This document shows positions 52,353-61,810 of a stretch of 64,000 bases of DNA, piece by piece (position 1 is the first letter of the stretch; every line of letters starts with the position of its first letter). The notes under the pieces are model-generated. The model did not search any database and was not told the DNA's origin. It saw nothing but the letters and a program-made list of their open reading frames with translations. The stretch comes from an uncultured Nitrososphaerota archaeon. GTDB taxonomy: Archaea; Thermoproteota; Nitrososphaeria; Nitrososphaerales; CADDZS01. The stretch spans positions 32,001-96,000 of the forward strand of contig CAWCYI010000006.1 of NCBI GenBank assembly GCA_963799845.1, read 5' to 3'. The translations under genes were made by a program, and so were the position numbers.

Positions 52353-53059
52353 TGGCTGTGAGCGTCAGATCCTATCAGAGGGACGAACATGCAATCCACG
52401 AGCTTTCTTTGATCGAATTCGTCCTTCGAACTCTTTCTCAGAATCATCAGTTTCTGGTAAGAGCTACCGCCGACGGGGACCTCCAGAATGCCTCCGGGCC
52501 TCAGCTGTTTTTTCAAGAATACTGGAATATGCGGAGCTCCGGCGGTAACCATTATCCGGTCGTACAGTTCGTCGCTTGATTCCTGTGGATAACCGAGCGA
52601 GCCGTCGCCTTCAACCACCTTGCAGAATTCCGAAAGTTTGGCTCGCTCGATATTTTGTCTCGCAAAAGCTACGAGAGATGGATCTCGCTCAACCGATACG
52701 ACAAGGGGCTCGACACTCTTCGGGACGCCGCGCGAGACAATGTGTGAAATCAGTGCGGCGTTGTATCCGCTGCCGCATCCTATCTCGAGAACCTTCAGCC
52801 CGGTGGAAAGATCAAACTCTTCGAGCATCATCACTATCATGTGCGGCGCCGATATGGTCTGACCGGTCTCGTCGAGCAAAATCGGTTCATCTTGATAGGC
52901 GATTGAAGCGGGAGTTCCGGGCCAGATGAATTCCTCTCTGGGAACGGCGAGGAGCGCTTCTTCGACAGATTTTGATTTCAGAATCCCTTCGTCTCTCAGC
53001 GACTCGATCAGCATCAGCTTGGATTCTTTCAGAAATTCACCAAGATTGTCTGAAGACAT
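52349..53059 (-). CDS. pcm: Protein-L-isoaspartate O-methyltransferase
   Basis: VPREEF, QTISAPHM, LEIGCGSGY, YDRIMVTA, FVPLIG. Confidence 0.95.
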   Translation of the reverse strand: MSSDNLGEFLKESKLMLIESLRDEGILKSKSVEEALLAVPREEFIWPGTPASIAYQDEPILLDETGQTISAPHMIVMMLEEFDLSTGLKVLEIGCGSGYNAALISHIVSRGVPKSVEPLVVSVERDPSLVAFARQNIERAKLSEFCKVVEGDGSLGYPQESSDELYDRIMVTAGAPHIPVFLKKQLRPGGILEVPVGGSSYQKLMILRKSSKDEFDQRKLVDCMFVPLIGSDAHSH

Positions 53060-53089
53060 GTAAGAAGAACTTGATTTTGGTGCGGAATA

Positions 53090-54118
53090 TTACTTGAACC
53101 ACTGCTCGAGAGACTGGCTCTCGACCCTCTTTCTTGTGTCGAGCCTCAGGAGGGCCGCGTCGATCCTCTCCTTAGAAAAATCGTGCTCAGAGACGAGAAA
53201 GCTTCGCAACCCCTCGTAATCTGCTGGTTTTTGTTCGAGATCAAGGTCATCGCGAGTCGAGACCTGAGGGCGCAGGAAGATCTCGCGGATCTCGTTCGGG
53301 TCGAAGTTAACCTTTCCCTTCAATTCGGGCATGTTTTCGATCCTTGAATATTTCTTGATGAGTTTTAGAGCAGTAGCCGGGCCGATGCCCTCGAACCCGT
53401 CGGGATTAAAGTCCGTCCCGAGAAGTATCCCGATATCTATCAACTGCTCCCGGGTAATTCTGTTCTTAGACAAGACTTCTGAGAGGGAAACCGTTTCAGG
53501 AATGACGTCAACCCGCGTATTGCGGTTCGGCAGTTTTCGCTTGCCGGATATCGTTAAGTTTCGGACAAGTCTGGTAGCGCCAAAAAGCAGACTGTCATAG
53601 TCCTGGCTGCCCGCGAAATCCGCCTTTCCTACGACTGTGAGGTATGCGGCGGTCGCCTCTCCCTCGGAAACGGCCTGAATCCACGGAATTCCCATGAGGT
53701 CGAGGAGCCTCTTTGATTCTTCCACCATCTGGTTGTCGAGATACGCCGTGGCGGATGCGTACTTTTTTGCTGCTTCGAAGTCCTTTCGCTCGAGCGCTTC
53801 CTTGTACATCTCGCCTGCGACTTCTTTCACCTCGCGCCGCCGCTGGATTTCAAGGCTCTTCAACTTGGGCGGTATGCCGTCAAAAACGTAGATCAGTTTC
53901 AAGCCGGTCTCGAGGAGATTCATGTTCCTGTAAAATAGTCCGCTGAGATGGCTGGTGACGCGGCCCTTGCTGTCCCTGAGAAGCTCGCCTGTCATCCCCC
54001 GAATTATGGACAAAAACTGGTATAACGTGTTGAAAGCGTCGATCGCGACGGTCTTTCCGCCGAGGTCTTCGAGTTCGATCTTCTTGGGATCGGCGATGTT
54101 GCGAAGGTTTACTCCCAT
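53090..54118 (-). CDS. fen: Flap endonuclease 1
   Basis: MGV, DAFNTLYQFL, EGEA, SQDYDSLLFG, GTDFN, PIP box QSLEQWF. Confidence 0.97.
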   Translation of the reverse strand: MGVNLRNIADPKKIELEDLGGKTVAIDAFNTLYQFLSIIRGMTGELLRDSKGRVTSHLSGLFYRNMNLLETGLKLIYVFDGIPPKLKSLEIQRRREVKEVAGEMYKEALERKDFEAAKKYASATAYLDNQMVEESKRLLDLMGIPWIQAVSEGEATAAYLTVVGKADFAGSQDYDSLLFGATRLVRNLTISGKRKLPNRNTRVDVIPETVSLSEVLSKNRITREQLIDIGILLGTDFNPDGFEGIGPATALKLIKKYSRIENMPELKGKVNFDPNEIREIFLRPQVSTRDDLDLEQKPADYEGLRSFLVSEHDFSKERIDAALLRLDTRKRVESQSLEQWFK

Positions 54119-54169
54119 GATGTGACTGTTGAGACATACAGCGGCGCGTATAATTCAGCGTTTTGCAAT

Positions 54170-54412
54170 TTATTCTCCAGGCATTCTCTGGAGCTGGGAC
54201 TGGGCCTTGACCGTCTCGATTCTTCGAGTGTCCTTGGTCTGCCAGCGTAACGTGATGAGTCCGAGAATCTCAAGTTGCATCAACACTTTGTTAAGATCTC
54301 TCATTGAGACATCCTCGCCGTCCCGTTGAAGCTCGGCCAAAAGCTCCTTGTCGGTCATGTTGTCGTGAGCTTTCATTTTTTCATTGACGATGTTTCGCAG
54401 TGGATATTTCAT
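54170..54412 (-). CDS. Small winged-helix protein
   Basis: 80 aa, TDKELLAEL...DLNKVLMQLEILGLI; lies between cdc48 and fen. Confidence 0.8.
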   Translation of the reverse strand: MKYPLRNIVNEKMKAHDNMTDKELLAELQRDGEDVSMRDLNKVLMQLEILGLITLRWQTKDTRRIETVKAQSQLQRMPGE

Positions 54413-54441
54413 TCTAGGAAGATCACAAAAACCGGAAAAAA

Positions 54442-56626
54442 TTAACCGATGAAACCTTCAGGCGCGGAAGCCCCTTTTAACTTCTTTTGTACGCCTGAAA
54501 ACCAGCTCTCGATGTCGGCTGGGAGTGCGGGTTTTATCCTTAATAGCGCGAGCGTAAAATCATCCTGCGTTATGAGCGGTGATTGAGAGTTCCTTCTTAT
54601 TGCCTCTATCGCCGCCTCTCTGGCGAGTGACTGCAAATCGGCTCCGGTGTAGCCCTTTGTCTTTGATGCAATCGAGGAAAACGAGATCTCGGGAGAGAGC
54701 GGCATCGCTTGGGTCTGAATTTTGAGGATTTCCTCCCTGGCCTCGTCATCAGGCTGGGTTACATATACCAGGAGTTCGAGCCTACCCGGTCTCATAAGCG
54801 AAACATCGATCAGGTCTGGGCGGTTTGTCGCACCGACCACAAAGACGTCACCGACCGAGCTGATCGTGTCGATTTCTGTGAGAAGCTGACTCAAGACCCT
54901 GTCAGTGTGCTGGATAGACCCAGATCTGGGCACTGCGATCGAGTCGAACTCATCAAGAAATATTATGCATGGTGACGATGTCTTCGCTTTCTTGAAAATT
55001 TCCCTGATAGCCTTCTCGGATTCGCCGAGCCACTTTGAAAGAACTTCGGGCCCCCTGACAGTGATCAGATTGGCTCCGCTCTCGGTTGCTAGCGCTCTAA
55101 CCAGCATCGATTTTCCGCAACCCGGCGGGCCGTAGAGCATTATCCCTCTCGCGGGAGAAATACCTGCTTTCTGAAATCTCGACGGATCTTTGATCGCCCA
55201 GACGATGTTCTCAACCAGGGTTTGTTTCACGTCCTGAAGGCCGCCGACCTCGTTCCAGTAGACCTTGGGAGTCTCGGTGAAAAACTCTCTCATCGCGGTC
55301 GGGACGATCTCCTTCGATGCCTCTTTGAAATCTTTGAAGGTCACCTGGATCTTTTCGATAAGATCAGAAGGAATCTGATCGCTTTCCACATCGATATCGG
55401 GAACGTACCTTCTGAGCGCCTTCAGGGCTGCTTCGCGGCACAACGCACGCAGATCTGCCCCGGTGTAACCGTACTGCTCCCGTGCCATCCTCTCAAGGTC
55501 CACGTCGGATGAGAGCGGCATACCGCGAGTATGAATTTGCAAAATCTCAAGCCTCGCTTCTGTGTTCGGCACTCCAATCTGAACCTCCCTGTCAAAGCGG
55601 CCGGGCCTTCTCAATGCCGGATCGATGCTCTCCGGGCGGTTCGTCGCGCCGATAACGACGACGTCTCCCCTCTCCGAGACGCCGTCCATCAGAGCGAGCA
55701 GTCTGTCCAACGACCCTTTTCTCCACGTCTCCAAAAGCTTCCTCGCGCCGAGGAGCCAGCGCGTCAATCTCGTCGATGAAAATGATGCTGGGAGAGTTTT
55801 CCCGGGCTTCCCGGAAGAGATCACGAAGCTTCGCTTCTGTTTCCCCGTAATACTTGTTCATTATTTCAGGCCCGTTCATCGTGAAAAAATTTGCCTCGCA
55901 CTCGTTCGCAAGAGCTCTCGCTAGAAGCGTTTTACCGCAGCCGGGTGGGCCGTAAAGTAGAATGCCGTTTGGCGGTTCGACTCCCAGCTTCTGGAATATT
56001 TCCGGGTGTCGCAGAGGCACTTCGATGATTTCTCGTAGTCCCCTGATTTCCTCCTCCAGGCCGCCAATTTCCTCGTAGGTCGCGGCCTGAATTTTCTTCC
56101 GGCTCGTTGCGGCTTCCGGAAGAATCGTTATCGCAGTTGAATGCTCGATCTTGACACAGCCTTTCGGCCGTACCTTCTGAACTTTGAAAGCGATCGGGTT
56201 TCCAAGTACAATTACGGAGAGCTCATCACCGACTATTAGTGGAGTTCCCGCCAGGCGGTTTCTGACAAACTCTGCAAACTCCTTGTCCATGGCTCCCTTA
56301 GTTCCGATGGGTGTCAGCGAAACAGATTTCGCAGTCGCGCATTCGATTTTTCTGATTATCGCGTTTTCGTTCGTGACCGCGCCGGCATTTTTTCTAGTCA
56401 GCCCATCGATCCGGACAACGCCAAGGAAACCCTCCTCCGGATCAATCGGCACTGCGACAGCAACTGTAGATTTCTTTGTCCCGCTTACCTCGATTATCTC
56501 GCCGGCAGAAATTTCAAGACTCTCGATCGTCTCGACATCAAGTCGAGCTCGAGACTTGCCGACATCCCTGAGCTTCGCTTCTGCGACACGAAGCTGGACC
56601 CCGGGATGCTTACGCGGCTTTGTCAT
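54442..56626 (-). CDS. cdc48: CDC48/VAT AAA+ ATPase (+1 indel near 55703)
   Basis: N-domain and two GPPGCGK Walker A motifs. Removing one A restores RVVGQLLALMDG. Confidence 0.95.
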
Positions 56627-56707
56627 TAGATCGCGCTGAAAGGAAATAATTTTAGATTATTTCTTCCTTTCCGGAAAAGAGAAATTCCAGCTCGAAGGTG
56701 AAAGCAG

Positions 56708-56989
56708 TTACTTTTTGACCTGAGCTGAGATTCTGCTTGCGCCGAGAACTTCGAACTCGCCCACGAGTTCAGACTTTCTTATCGACTCTTCAATTGAATC
56801 CATCGCACCGGCAATGTCATCCGTCAAAAAATCAGCGACTAGCGCAACCAGCCCGAACGCGATAGGTTCTTCTTTGGTAGATCGAATTTCAATCGAAGGA
56901 TTGAGTCTCTTAATGTCATCAACGATCTGCTGAGGTTTTATCTCGGCTTCCTTCGGCATTATCCTTAGTCGGACAAGTAAGTTCGAAAT
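56708..56989 (-). CDS. ef1b: Elongation factor 1-beta (probable ATT start)
   Basis: EEPIAFGLVAL signature. The frame extends to (I)SNLLVRLRIMP, preceded by GGTGAT. Confidence 0.9.
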   Translation of the reverse strand: MSNLLVRLRIMPKEAEIKPQQIVDDIKRLNPSIEIRSTKEEPIAFGLVALVADFLTDDIAGAMDSIEESIRKSELVGEFEVLGASRISAQVKK

Positions 56990-57008
56990 AACCCATCACC
57001 CAAAAAAA

Positions 57009-57194
57009 TCAAGGGCCTTCGTAGCTGCAATTGACGCATCTGTAAGGGCGGGAAAAACCGCGACACTTTTCATTTCTCCAGATCAAAACTTCACCGCATT
57101 GAGGGCAGAGGAACTTCACCGCTCGCTCGCCTGGCATAATCGGCCTATTGCAAGAGGTGCAAACCGGCAGCTGTATTTGTTTCTCGATCGACAT
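57009..57194 (-). CDS. DUF1610 zinc-ribbon protein
   Basis: CTSC...FLCPQCG...YRCVNCSYEGP, in its usual position upstream of EF-1beta. Confidence 0.9.
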   Translation of the reverse strand: MSIEKQIQLPVCTSCNRPIMPGERAVKFLCPQCGEVLIWRNEKCRGFSRPYRCVNCSYEGP

Positions 57195-57281
57195 TGTGTA
57201 AGGGAATGCATTGGTCGATTATTCGTAATATAGTTAACGGTCAGCATTTGGTTCTCCTTGAGAAATTCCGATATCAAATTG

Positions 57282-58424
57282 TCAGGATATCAAGTTCTTG
57301 ATCTCATTCGATATCACAATCCCGAGTGTAGAGAACAAGTTGCCTATCCCAAACGTCTTAACAATCGCAATCGAGTGCCTATCAAAATCTCCTTGCTCAG
57401 AGATCTTCTTCGCAATGCCGGATGAATTTATCATCTCCGCCAGCTGGTCTAGTTGTCGGGCGTTCATCTTGGCAAAGACATTCCGTGCATACAATTGAGT
57501 CCTGAATTCGTCACCGAATTTGGACCGCCATTCCGTTTCATATTCGCGAAGCTCATCCAAGTCATTTGAATTTAGAGCGCTGGAGATTGCCTTCGCAGCT
57601 AGCAGACCGCCGTATCCTCCAGTGTAAATTCCTCCGCCGGTGGTTGGTTTGGGCTGACCGCAGGAATCGCCGGCTTTTACGATTCTGCCGTCAACGAATT
57701 TTTTCGACGTGCCGGCACAGATGATCGGGGCAGCTGCTTTGCGAATCGGAACCGCGTTTTTTTCCTTCACAAAAGAGTCTAGTACCGAAAAAGTGTTTAT
57801 TCCCAGACCGGCTACGCCGATCTTGGCAACGTCCGAAGAGATGGGGATGACCCACTTGAAGAATCCGGGCGCCTCTACCGGATCGAGATAGACTTCAACG
57901 GTCGATTTCTCAAACCAGGTACCGTAGACGAGGTACTGCCCTGCTTGGAGGACCAGACCACCACCCCTGATGTATGACTCGTATCCAGAGCAGTCCAACA
58001 GTACATCGGAACTGACCCTACCGGAATCGATCTTGATGTGAGCAGCTTCTTTTGTTTGCGAATAATTTGAGACCCTGCTCCCCAGTTCAATCTTTGCCCC
58101 TTCCCTCGCCGCGTTTTCAGCAAGATACTTGTCAAATCTGGATCTATCGAGCACGATTACATTCTGTTTTCTCGCGTCGATCCTGACTTCCTTCATCGAG
58201 GGAGAAAAAAAGCGGGCCGCAATCAGCCGATTTTGAACAGTGTACGAAGGCGGAACTATACCAAGCTCGTGTATTCCACTGGCGCTTACAAGTCCATCGC
58301 ATTTTTCAGGAATGCCAATCTCGCGATGTTCCTCGTAAACGGTAGTATTGATCCCTCGCGAAGCAAGTTCCCTCGCCCCGATCAATCCTGCGATGCTGGC
58401 GCCGATGATGTTGACTCGCGACAT
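57282..58424 (-). CDS. Geranylgeranyl-reductase-family FAD oxidoreductase
   Basis: IIGASIAG, PEKCDG, DRSRFDKYLA, WVIP, GDSCGQPKPTTGGGI. Confidence 0.9.
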   Translation of the reverse strand: MSRVNIIGASIAGLIGARELASRGINTTVYEEHREIGIPEKCDGLVSASGIHELGIVPPSYTVQNRLIAARFFSPSMKEVRIDARKQNVIVLDRSRFDKYLAENAAREGAKIELGSRVSNYSQTKEAAHIKIDSGRVSSDVLLDCSGYESYIRGGGLVLQAGQYLVYGTWFEKSTVEVYLDPVEAPGFFKWVIPISSDVAKIGVAGLGINTFSVLDSFVKEKNAVPIRKAAAPIICAGTSKKFVDGRIVKAGDSCGQPKPTTGGGIYTGGYGGLLAAKAISSALNSNDLDELREYETEWRSKFGDEFRTQLYARNVFAKMNARQLDQLAEMINSSGIAKKISEQGDFDRHSIAIVKTFGIGNLFSTLGIVISNEIKNLIS

Positions 58425-58536
58425 TCTTGGCCTCTTTTGAAACCAATTTTCACTGAGAAACTAATAAGGTTGGGTCTAGATCATGTTTGAGAACCTCTTC
58501 TACCGAATCCCTAGAGTCAGGCGTGAGTAAACGAGA

Positions 58537-58893
58537 ATGAGCGAATACAAGCAGGTCATCGTAGTGAGAAATGACCTCAAGATGGGAAAGGGTAAACTCG
58601 CCGTCCAGGTCGCGCACGCTGCGGTTTCTTCAGCTGAACAGGCTAGAAAATACAAGAGGGAGTGGTACGATGCGTGGATCGCGGGAAATCAAGCAAAGAT
58701 CTGCGTAAAGGTCGACAGCGAAAAAGAGTTGCGGCTTTTGAAAGGAAGGGTCGACGAGGCCGGGATTCCAAACTCTCTCATCCAGGACGCAGGGCTGACT
58801 CAACTTGAACCCGGAACCACAACATGTCTCGGAATAGGTCCGCTTCCCTCTCAACTCGCTGACAGGTACACTGGAGAACTAAAACTGCTCTAG
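58537..58893 (+). CDS. pth2: Peptidyl-tRNA hydrolase Pth2
   Basis: KQVIVVRNDLKMGKGKLAVQVAHA, DAGLTQ. Confidence 0.97.
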   Translation: MSEYKQVIVVRNDLKMGKGKLAVQVAHAAVSSAEQARKYKREWYDAWIAGNQAKICVKVDSEKELRLLKGRVDEAGIPNSLIQDAGLTQLEPGTTTCLGIGPLPSQLADRYTGELKLL

Positions 58894-58953
58894 ACTACTC
58901 ATATTTTATATCCGATAAAAAACCAAATTTTTCCTTACAGGGACGTGGTTTTC

Positions 58954-59979
58954 ATGTCGCAGGCAATTGTTCAGGAATCACCCGAGACTACTGTTTTTGA
59001 TCTTGCTATAATCGGCGCCGGTCCTGCCGGATTGTTTGCAGCATATTATGCGGGATTCAGGGAAATGAAAACTGTGGTGCTGGATGCCCTGCCGGAAGCC
59101 GGAGGTCAGCTCGCGGTCCTCTATCCGGAGAAGACGATATTTGATGTTCCTGGTTTTCCCCAGATTCTCGCGCGCGATCTTGTCACGTCTCTCGTCGAGC
59201 AAGCAAAGCGCTACGATCCACTTATGCTTCTCGGGGAAAGAGCAACCGACCTAAAGAAGGGAGATGACAGCCTGTTTACTCTTACGACAGATAAACGGCA
59301 AGTAAAAACAAGATCGATCATCATCACCGCCGGCGTGGGGTCATTTTCACCAAACAAGCTGAACATCATCAATCAGGAAAAATACGAAGGGAACGGCATT
59401 TACTATTTTGTAAAGCAAAAAGAGTTTTTCAGAAACAAGAACCTCCTGATTGTTGGGGGAGGTGATTCGGCGGTCGACTGGGCGCTGAACCTGAAGGAGG
59501 TCACAAAGTCAATCATGCTGATTCACAGGCGCGATCAATTTAGAGCGCACGAACAGAGCGTGACCGAACTTTACAGCAGCCCGGGCGTCACGGTCAGAAC
59601 GTGCACCGAACTAAAGTCAGTCGACGGCGAGCCAAACACTCTGAAGAGCGCGATCATCTTTGAGAACAGAACCGGAAAGGAAGAGACCCTCCCGGTCGAT
59701 TGCATCCTGATCAATATCGGGTTCAAGGCAAACTTGGGGCCGATAGCTAACTGGGGATTGACGATGGAGAACAGGGCGATCAAGATCAACGGCAAAATGG
59801 AAACAAACATTCCCGGCGTCTACGCGGCGGGCGACATTGCTTCTCCGACCGACTCTGTCAAACTCAACCTCATTACGACGGCATTCGCGCAATCGGCCCT
59901 CGCGGTGAACGTCGCGAAGAAGTACGTGGATCCGAAGGCCCAGTTGTTCCCCGGACACAGCAGCGAAAAATCTGCTTAG
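58954..59979 (+). CDS. TrxB-fold ferredoxin-NADP+ reductase (YumC-type)
   Basis: GAGPAG, GGQL..LYPEK.IFDVPG, GGGDSAVDWA, C-terminal HSS; no CxxC. Confidence 0.88.
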   Translation: MSQAIVQESPETTVFDLAIIGAGPAGLFAAYYAGFREMKTVVLDALPEAGGQLAVLYPEKTIFDVPGFPQILARDLVTSLVEQAKRYDPLMLLGERATDLKKGDDSLFTLTTDKRQVKTRSIIITAGVGSFSPNKLNIINQEKYEGNGIYYFVKQKEFFRNKNLLIVGGGDSAVDWALNLKEVTKSIMLIHRRDQFRAHEQSVTELYSSPGVTVRTCTELKSVDGEPNTLKSAIIFENRTGKEETLPVDCILINIGFKANLGPIANWGLTMENRAIKINGKMETNIPGVYAAGDIASPTDSVKLNLITTAFAQSALAVNVAKKYVDPKAQLFPGHSSEKSA

Positions 59980-60476
59980 CTCGCTGCTCTAGCTTCGGGA
60001 TAGCGTTTTCTGATATCGTAAGATCCGGAGAGAACCGGGTGGTGGACATCCGCGAGAACGACTTCAAACCAGAAGAAGCGCCCGTCCTGATAGACAGGGT
60101 ACGAACCTACGAGTTCGGTGTTCGGGAATTTCTCCAGAACTCTCCTCTCGGCAGTATCCTGCGAGGAAAAGTGCCCCTTTATCTTCAACACACCCATGTG
60201 CTTCGGCCGTCTACCCGAAGTCGGCCTTTTCTGCCTCATGCCGCCTCTGGTAATCTTTATTCTAACAATAACATAGCCCTGCTTTGCCTTGTAACCCAGC
60301 GAACGAGCTCGATCCAGTCTAGTCGGCCTTTCCAATCTCACGAGCGTCGGACCACGCCTCCAAAGAATGGCCCTCTTTTTTATCTCGGGCGAACCTGTCT
60401 TTACGAGCGTTCGCCAGGCCTTAGAAATCTCCCTGTACATACGTAGCAGCTTCACGACTTGCCTTTCCAAAGCCAA
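59976..60476 (-). CDS. rpl15e: 50S ribosomal protein eL15 (alternative ATG start at 60440)
   Basis: PTRLDRARSLGYKAKQG, GRRPKHMG. Confidence 0.96.
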   Translation of the reverse strand: MALERQVVKLLRMYREISKAWRTLVKTGSPEIKKRAILWRRGPTLVRLERPTRLDRARSLGYKAKQGYVIVRIKITRGGMRQKRPTSGRRPKHMGVLKIKGHFSSQDTAERRVLEKFPNTELVGSYPVYQDGRFFWFEVVLADVHHPVLSGSYDIRKRYPEARAAS

Positions 60477-60545
60477 ATAAGACTTGTGGTAGCAGCGATC
60501 GGACTCTCCTTTATTTCGCGTTCTTGAACTTCGAGTAAAATGATT

Positions 60546-61463
60546 TTAGGGCGAAGCCAGAGCTTTCAAAACGAGCTCAACTATCTGCACGCCCGCCATC
60601 GACTGAGCCTCGGCGGTCTGGCCGGCAATGTGCGGGGTTGCTATCACATTGTCGAGTTTCAGTAGACCAAAAGAAGTCGGCGGTTCCACATCGAACACGT
60701 CCAGCGCTGCACCCGCAATTAACTTCTCGTTGAGAGCTCGGAGAAGGTCTTTTTCGTTAACGACCCTTCCTCTCGATGTATTAATCAGAAAAGCAGTCTT
60801 TTTCATGGTTTTGAGTTTGTCATAGTTTGCGAGGTTTTCAGTTTCAGGAGTGAGCGGAACGTGGATATCGACAAAATCAGAAATGGAGAAGACTTCCTCC
60901 TGAGTCGAAACTTGAATTCCGAGCCTCTTCACAAGTTCCCCGGGGATCGGGATGACGTCGTTTGCAACGATTTTCATGCCAAAGGCGGAGGCAAGTTCTG
61001 CGACGCGCTGACCAATTTTCCCGATGCCGATCGTGCCGTACGTTTTGCCCTTCAGCTCAATTCCCTGGAATTTTGATTTTTCCCATCTTCCACTTTTGGT
61101 TGACGCGTCGGCTGAAGGAATTTTCCTCGCCAGCCCGATCATGAGACCAAGGGTAAATTCCGCTACCGCGTTTGTTAGAGCATTTGGAGTATTCAGTATC
61201 ATAATATTTCTTGCCTTCGCGGCTTCCAGATCGATGTTGTCAACACCGACACCCGCCCGTCCGATCACTTTCAAGAGGGGCGCTGATGAGATAACTTCTC
61301 TTGTCACTTTTGTTCTACTTCTGACGATCAGCGCATCAAAAGATCCGATGGCTGAAAGCAGTACTTGAGAAGAAATGTCGGGCTTGTATTCGAACTCAAC
61401 TCCCGAAGAATCGAGCAGTTTTATTGCGTCCCCTGAAACGGCATCGCTGACAAGTATGCGCAA
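60546..61463 (-). CDS. D-2-hydroxyacid / D-3-phosphoglycerate dehydrogenase (short type)
   Basis: IVRSRT, RAGVGVDNID, GIGKIG, INTSRG, LDVF..EP, TPHIAG. Start at TTG 61463; the ORF-track extension only runs through the repeat. Confidence 0.92.
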   Translation of the reverse strand: MRILVSDAVSGDAIKLLDSSGVEFEYKPDISSQVLLSAIGSFDALIVRSRTKVTREVISSAPLLKVIGRAGVGVDNIDLEAAKARNIMILNTPNALTNAVAEFTLGLMIGLARKIPSADASTKSGRWEKSKFQGIELKGKTYGTIGIGKIGQRVAELASAFGMKIVANDVIPIPGELVKRLGIQVSTQEEVFSISDFVDIHVPLTPETENLANYDKLKTMKKTAFLINTSRGRVVNEKDLLRALNEKLIAGAALDVFDVEPPTSFGLLKLDNVIATPHIAGQTAEAQSMAGVQIVELVLKALASP

Positions 61464-61551
61464 GATTTCTCGAAGCTCCGATTTTGGAAATTGCGCTTTA
61501 TTGTTTACAGAAGGTCTGTAAAGATTCGTCATTTCTAAGGACTCTTGTACA

Positions 61552-61702
61552 CGTTCAGCTTGTTTTGAGCTCTTCTGAGCTAACAGAGCTGGAAACGAGC
61601 TGTCCGAATTGAACAGAGCTTGAACGTAGCTCTTCGGCCAAAAAGTGCTCACGTGTGTAGAAACGCAGAAAATTTTTTTCTTAATGAATCAATGGCAACT
61701 TC
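61552..61702 (-). repeat. Dispersed AGCT-phased non-coding element, copy B (inverted)
   Basis: Matches 49966-50080. AGCT at 61557, 61568, 61578, 61587, 61598, 61617 and 61628. Confidence 0.85.
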
Positions 61703-61810
61703 AATATAAAGACCGAGAAACGAGTAGGGAGCATCAAGTCAAAAGAGAGCATTTCGTAATATGTGTGAGTTTTCCAATTTCGGCTATATTCACGGAACAA
61801 AGGAGGATCA

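Noticed and set aside
2370-55710. Programmed frameshifting or mass pseudogenisation (indels near 2372, 8450, 27170, 41390, 43780, 46862, 47787, 51037, 55703)
   Set aside because: Single-base indels with no shared slippery motif, and they hit core genes (nuoN, cdc48) that are otherwise intact. Long-read or assembly error is the simplest explanation; read pile-ups would settle it.
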